Origin: an uncultured Sphaerobacteraceae bacterium
GTDB lineage: Bacteria > Chloroflexota > Chloroflexia > Thermomicrobiales > UBA6265
NCBI GenBank assembly: GCA_964461025.1
Contig: CAYWSE010000003.1
Location: 14,247 to 78,246 of the forward strand
Direction of reading: 5' to 3'
DNA: 64,000 bases
Shown here: piece by piece, positions 61,496-64,000 of the stretch
How the letters are laid out: each line of letters opens with the position of its first letter
Position numbering within the stretch: the first letter of the stretch is position 1
Translations under genes and position numbers: made by a program
The notes under the pieces: model-generated
Database searches by the model: none
What the model was told of the DNA's origin: nothing
Seen by the model: only the letters and a program-made list of their open reading frames with translations

Positions 61496-64000
61496 CTAGA
61501 TCAGGCCCTGACGAAGCGCGGCCGTAGCAGCCGCGGTGCGCGACTCGACTCCGAGCTTCGACATGATGCTGGCGACATGGGAAGAGACCGTGCGCTTGCT
61601 GAGAAAGAGCTGCTCGGCGATCTGTTGATCGGTGAACCCTTCCGCCAGCAAGGAGAGCACGTCGAGCTCTCGGGCCGAAAGGCGACTGCGGGGCGTCCTG
61701 GAAGCATCGACGTGCGCTCCGGCGCCCTGCACCACGGCGGTGAGCTCACCGACGATCTGCTCGATCGACAACGAGCGGCCCGCGACGAAAACGCGATCGA
61801 ATCGCGCCGAGCCAAGCTTCGAGCGGGCTTCTTGGAGAAGTCTTGCGTGTTCCTCCTCGTTGTTCGGGTCGCTGCCGGCGCCGGTTTCGTCGCGAATGCG
61901 CGTGGCGACGGCTATCGTGCGGACGCCTTGATCGACAGCTCCAGTCCTGATCAACGAACGCCCTGCTTCGTCGAGCACTTCCGCCATCTGGGCAGGATTG
62001 CCGAGATTTGCGCCGAGCGTGGCGGCCTGACTGATCAACGTCAGCGCGTCAGCGGAATCCCCCTGCAGGTTCTTTGCCGCGGCCATATTGATCATCGCGA
62101 CGACAGCGGAATCGCGATCGCCTGACTCCCGAAAGCCAGTCGCGGCTTCAGCAGTCAGGTCGAATGCTTCCGGCAGGTTCCCCAGATGGAACTGGACGGC
62201 GCCGAGATTCATGATCACGGTGTAGATGGCGAATCGATCACCGATTTCGCGGAGCAGTTCGATGCTTTGCGAGAAGCGCTCACCCGCTGTCTCCATCTCG
62301 CCGCGCCATCCGGCAACCTGACCCAGATTGGTGAGTACGACAGCAAGACCTCGCGTGTTTCCGCCTTCTCGTTCGAGCGCCTCGCATGCTTCGAGCGTCT
62401 TGGCCGCGGCATCGAGGTCCCCTTTGTGTAGATAAACGAGCCCGAGATTGTTCAACGCGCGGGCCGTCAGACCCGCATCGCCAATCCCCCTCGCGCGCTC
62501 GGCGGCGCGCTGATGCAGATCGACCGCCCGTTCGAGCTCACCATTGGCATCCGCCAGGAGTCCGAGAATCGTCTCTGCGCGCGAAGCAACTTCCTCGCTC
62601 TTTCCACCACCGAGCCTCAAGGCGTCGGAAATGTATTGGGACGCTTTCTCTATTCGGAACAGCCGGTACGCCAACCACCCCGCCGACAGCAATGCGCAAG
62701 CCCGCAGCAGATCGTCGGCGCCCGGCGCAGCGGCTGTTGCCTGTTCCGTCCGGTCCAATCCTTCCGCGAGAAGTCCGGAATTCGACCAGAAGAGCGGCAG
62801 ATGCGCAAGAATCTGCAGAGCAGCATTCCCGTCATCGTCCTCCATGGACCATGTCAGCGCGGCGCGAAGATTGTCGACTTCCGTCATCAGCTGCGATTGC
62901 CGGAAGACCTGACCGGACCCGAACTGGTCGCGCTCGAACGACGCCGCCAGCTCCATCAGGTAGTTCGTCAATCGGCGACGACCAACAACCTGTTCAGCAG
63001 ACGCACCCGGAAGACCACCAGCGAACTCGCGAATCGACTCCAGCAACAGGTATCGATTCGTTCCCTGTCGCGATACCAGGCTACGGTCGACGAGCCTCTG
63101 GAGCCGCAAAGAACCCAAATCTGGATCAGCAATTGACGTTGGCTCGGGAGCGATGAGCGACGCTGCCAGCTCTGCCGACAACCCAGCAGGTGGGACGGCG
63201 AGGCGCACCATCGCCCGCCGTTCGTCGTCGTTCAGCAGATCGAAGCTCCAGGCAATCGCCTCGCCAAGGGTGCGGTGCCGCGCGGTCGCCGAACGCTCAC
63301 CGCCGATGAGAACCGGAAACCGTCGTTCAACGCTCTGCAGCAGCTCATCCAGCGAGTATCGGTCCAGCAGTGGAGCAGCGAGCTCGATCGCCAGCGGCAA
63401 ACCATCGAGTCGCCGCACGATTTCAGTGATCGTGGGTGCGTTGTCCGGCGTGAGTGCGAACGAGGTCTGTCGGAGCTGTACTTGCTGGACGAACATCCGA
63501 ACCGCCGGACTCGCCCGCCGCAAATCCGAAACGACGGCTCCGTGCGGCGGAACGGCGAGCGGTTCGAGCAGATGCACATGCTCGACCGATATGCCGAATG
63601 GCGCTCTCGACGTGGCGAGCATGATCCAATCCGGCAATGAGGCCAGAAGCGTCTCGACGAATCCTGCTCCATCAAGCAGGTGTTCCACATTGTCGAGAAG
63701 CAGCAATCCGTTGTTCTGCGCCAACGCGTCGATCAGCGCTTCGCCGGGTTCGCGGCGTCCACTCTGCACGCCTGCTGCGGTGGCGACGGCCAGCGGCAAA
63801 CCCGTTGCGTCGGGCGTTGCGGCAAGATCGGTGAAGATGGTCCTGCCCACATCGTTTCGCAGTGAATCGAGAGCGGTAATCGCCAACGCCGTTTTGCCAA
63901 CGCCGGCCGGACCAGTGATCGTGACGAGACGAACGCCATCCGACCTCAGTCGTTCGAGTAGCAGGGCCAGATCGTTTTCTCGACCAATCAGGGCGCGAAC
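61496..64000 (-). CDS. STAND P-loop NTPase (NB-ARC/AAA_16-like) - TPR - LuxR-type HTH protein; N-terminus beyond the right edge
   Basis: The frame is open beyond track start 63886. Reverse translation of 63887..64000 gives ...LIGRENDLALLLERLRSDGVRLVTITGPAGVGKTALA (Walker A). Then LLLLDNVEH, GLPLAIELAA, TPR-like repeats and C-terminal LSARELDVLSLLAEGFTDQQIAEQLFLSKRTVSSHVASIMSKLGV. Confidence 0.88.
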   Translation of the reverse strand, partial: VRALIGRENDLALLLERLRSDGVRLVTITGPAGVGKTALAITALDSLRNDVGRTIFTDLAATPDATGLPLAVATAAGVQSGRREPGEALIDALAQNNGLLLLDNVEHLLDGAGFVETLLASLPDWIMLATSRAPFGISVEHVHLLEPLAVPPHGAVVSDLRRASPAVRMFVQQVQLRQTSFALTPDNAPTITEIVRRLDGLPLAIELAAPLLDRYSLDELLQSVERRFPVLIGGERSATARHRTLGEAIAWSFDLLNDDERRAMVRLAVPPAGLSAELAASLIAPEPTSIADPDLGSLRLQRLVDRSLVSRQGTNRYLLLESIREFAGGLPGASAEQVVGRRRLTNYLMELAASFERDQFGSGQVFRQSQLMTEVDNLRAALTWSMEDDDGNAALQILAHLPLFWSNSGLLAEGLDRTEQATAAAPGADDLLRACALLSAGWLAYRLFRIEKASQYISDALRLGGGKSEEVASRAETILGLLADANGELERAVDLHQRAAERARGIGDAGLTARALNNLGLVYLHKGDLDAAAKTLEACEALEREGGNTRGLAVVLTNLGQVAGWRGEMETAGERFSQSIELLREIGDRFAIYTVIMNLGAVQFHLGNLPEAFDLTAEAATGFRESGDRDSAVVAMINMAAAKNLQGDSADALTLISQAATLGANLGNPAQMAEVLDEAGRSLIRTGAVDQGVRTIAVATRIRDETGAGSDPNNEEEHARLLQEARSKLGSARFDRVFVAGRSLSIEQIVGELTAVVQGAGAHVDASRTPRSRLSARELDVLSLLAEGFTDQQIAEQLFLSKRTVSSHVASIMSKLGVESRTAAATAALRQGLI

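Noticed and set aside
1-64000. Mobile elements, prophage, tRNA/rRNA genes, CRISPR arrays
   Set aside because: No transposase, integrase, phage structural or Cas-like ORF appears in any frame. I found no tRNA-like T-arm/acceptor pattern and no short regularly spaced repeats on reading the intergenic regions.

Overview
GC-rich bacterial chromosomal segment. Codon style, an F420-type LLM enzyme, many twin-arginine signal peptides and an ECF/DUF4367-like pair fit a Chloroflexota/Thermomicrobia-like or actinobacterial origin; I cannot decide without a search. It holds about 53 tightly packed protein genes. I found no rRNA, tRNA, CRISPR array, transposase or integrase. Contents: mutS, hemW, a translationally coupled MoxR-DUF58-DUF4129 operon, a six-SH3b/M23 wall hydrolase, CapA, Amidase_3, and a VapBC pair. 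There are also two convergent Dpp/Opp-type ABC operons flanking a D-cysteine desulfhydrase/ACC-deaminase-family gene, two CUT1 sugar-type ABC clusters with four binding proteins, and an ECF sigma/anti-sigma/cupredoxin trio. The most unusual feature is a 959-aa TIR-STAND(NB-ARC-like)-TPR-LuxR protein (6899..9778) followed by a SnoaL/NTF2-like gene. A second STAND-TPR-LuxR paralogue at the right edge (61496..>64000) is again followed by a homologous SnoaL-like gene, so this is a duplicated two-gene module with NLR-like architecture. Other items: a 610-aa protein joining an unknown N-terminal region to a nucleoside-phosphorylase-like domain, a perfect 28-bp inverted repeat inside a gene 3' end, a structured 326-nt intergenic region beside the M23 gene, a permease-ATPase fusion, and an ATPase-less sister operon. 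All family calls are motif recognition by eye, not database hits. Start codons are less certain than stops.
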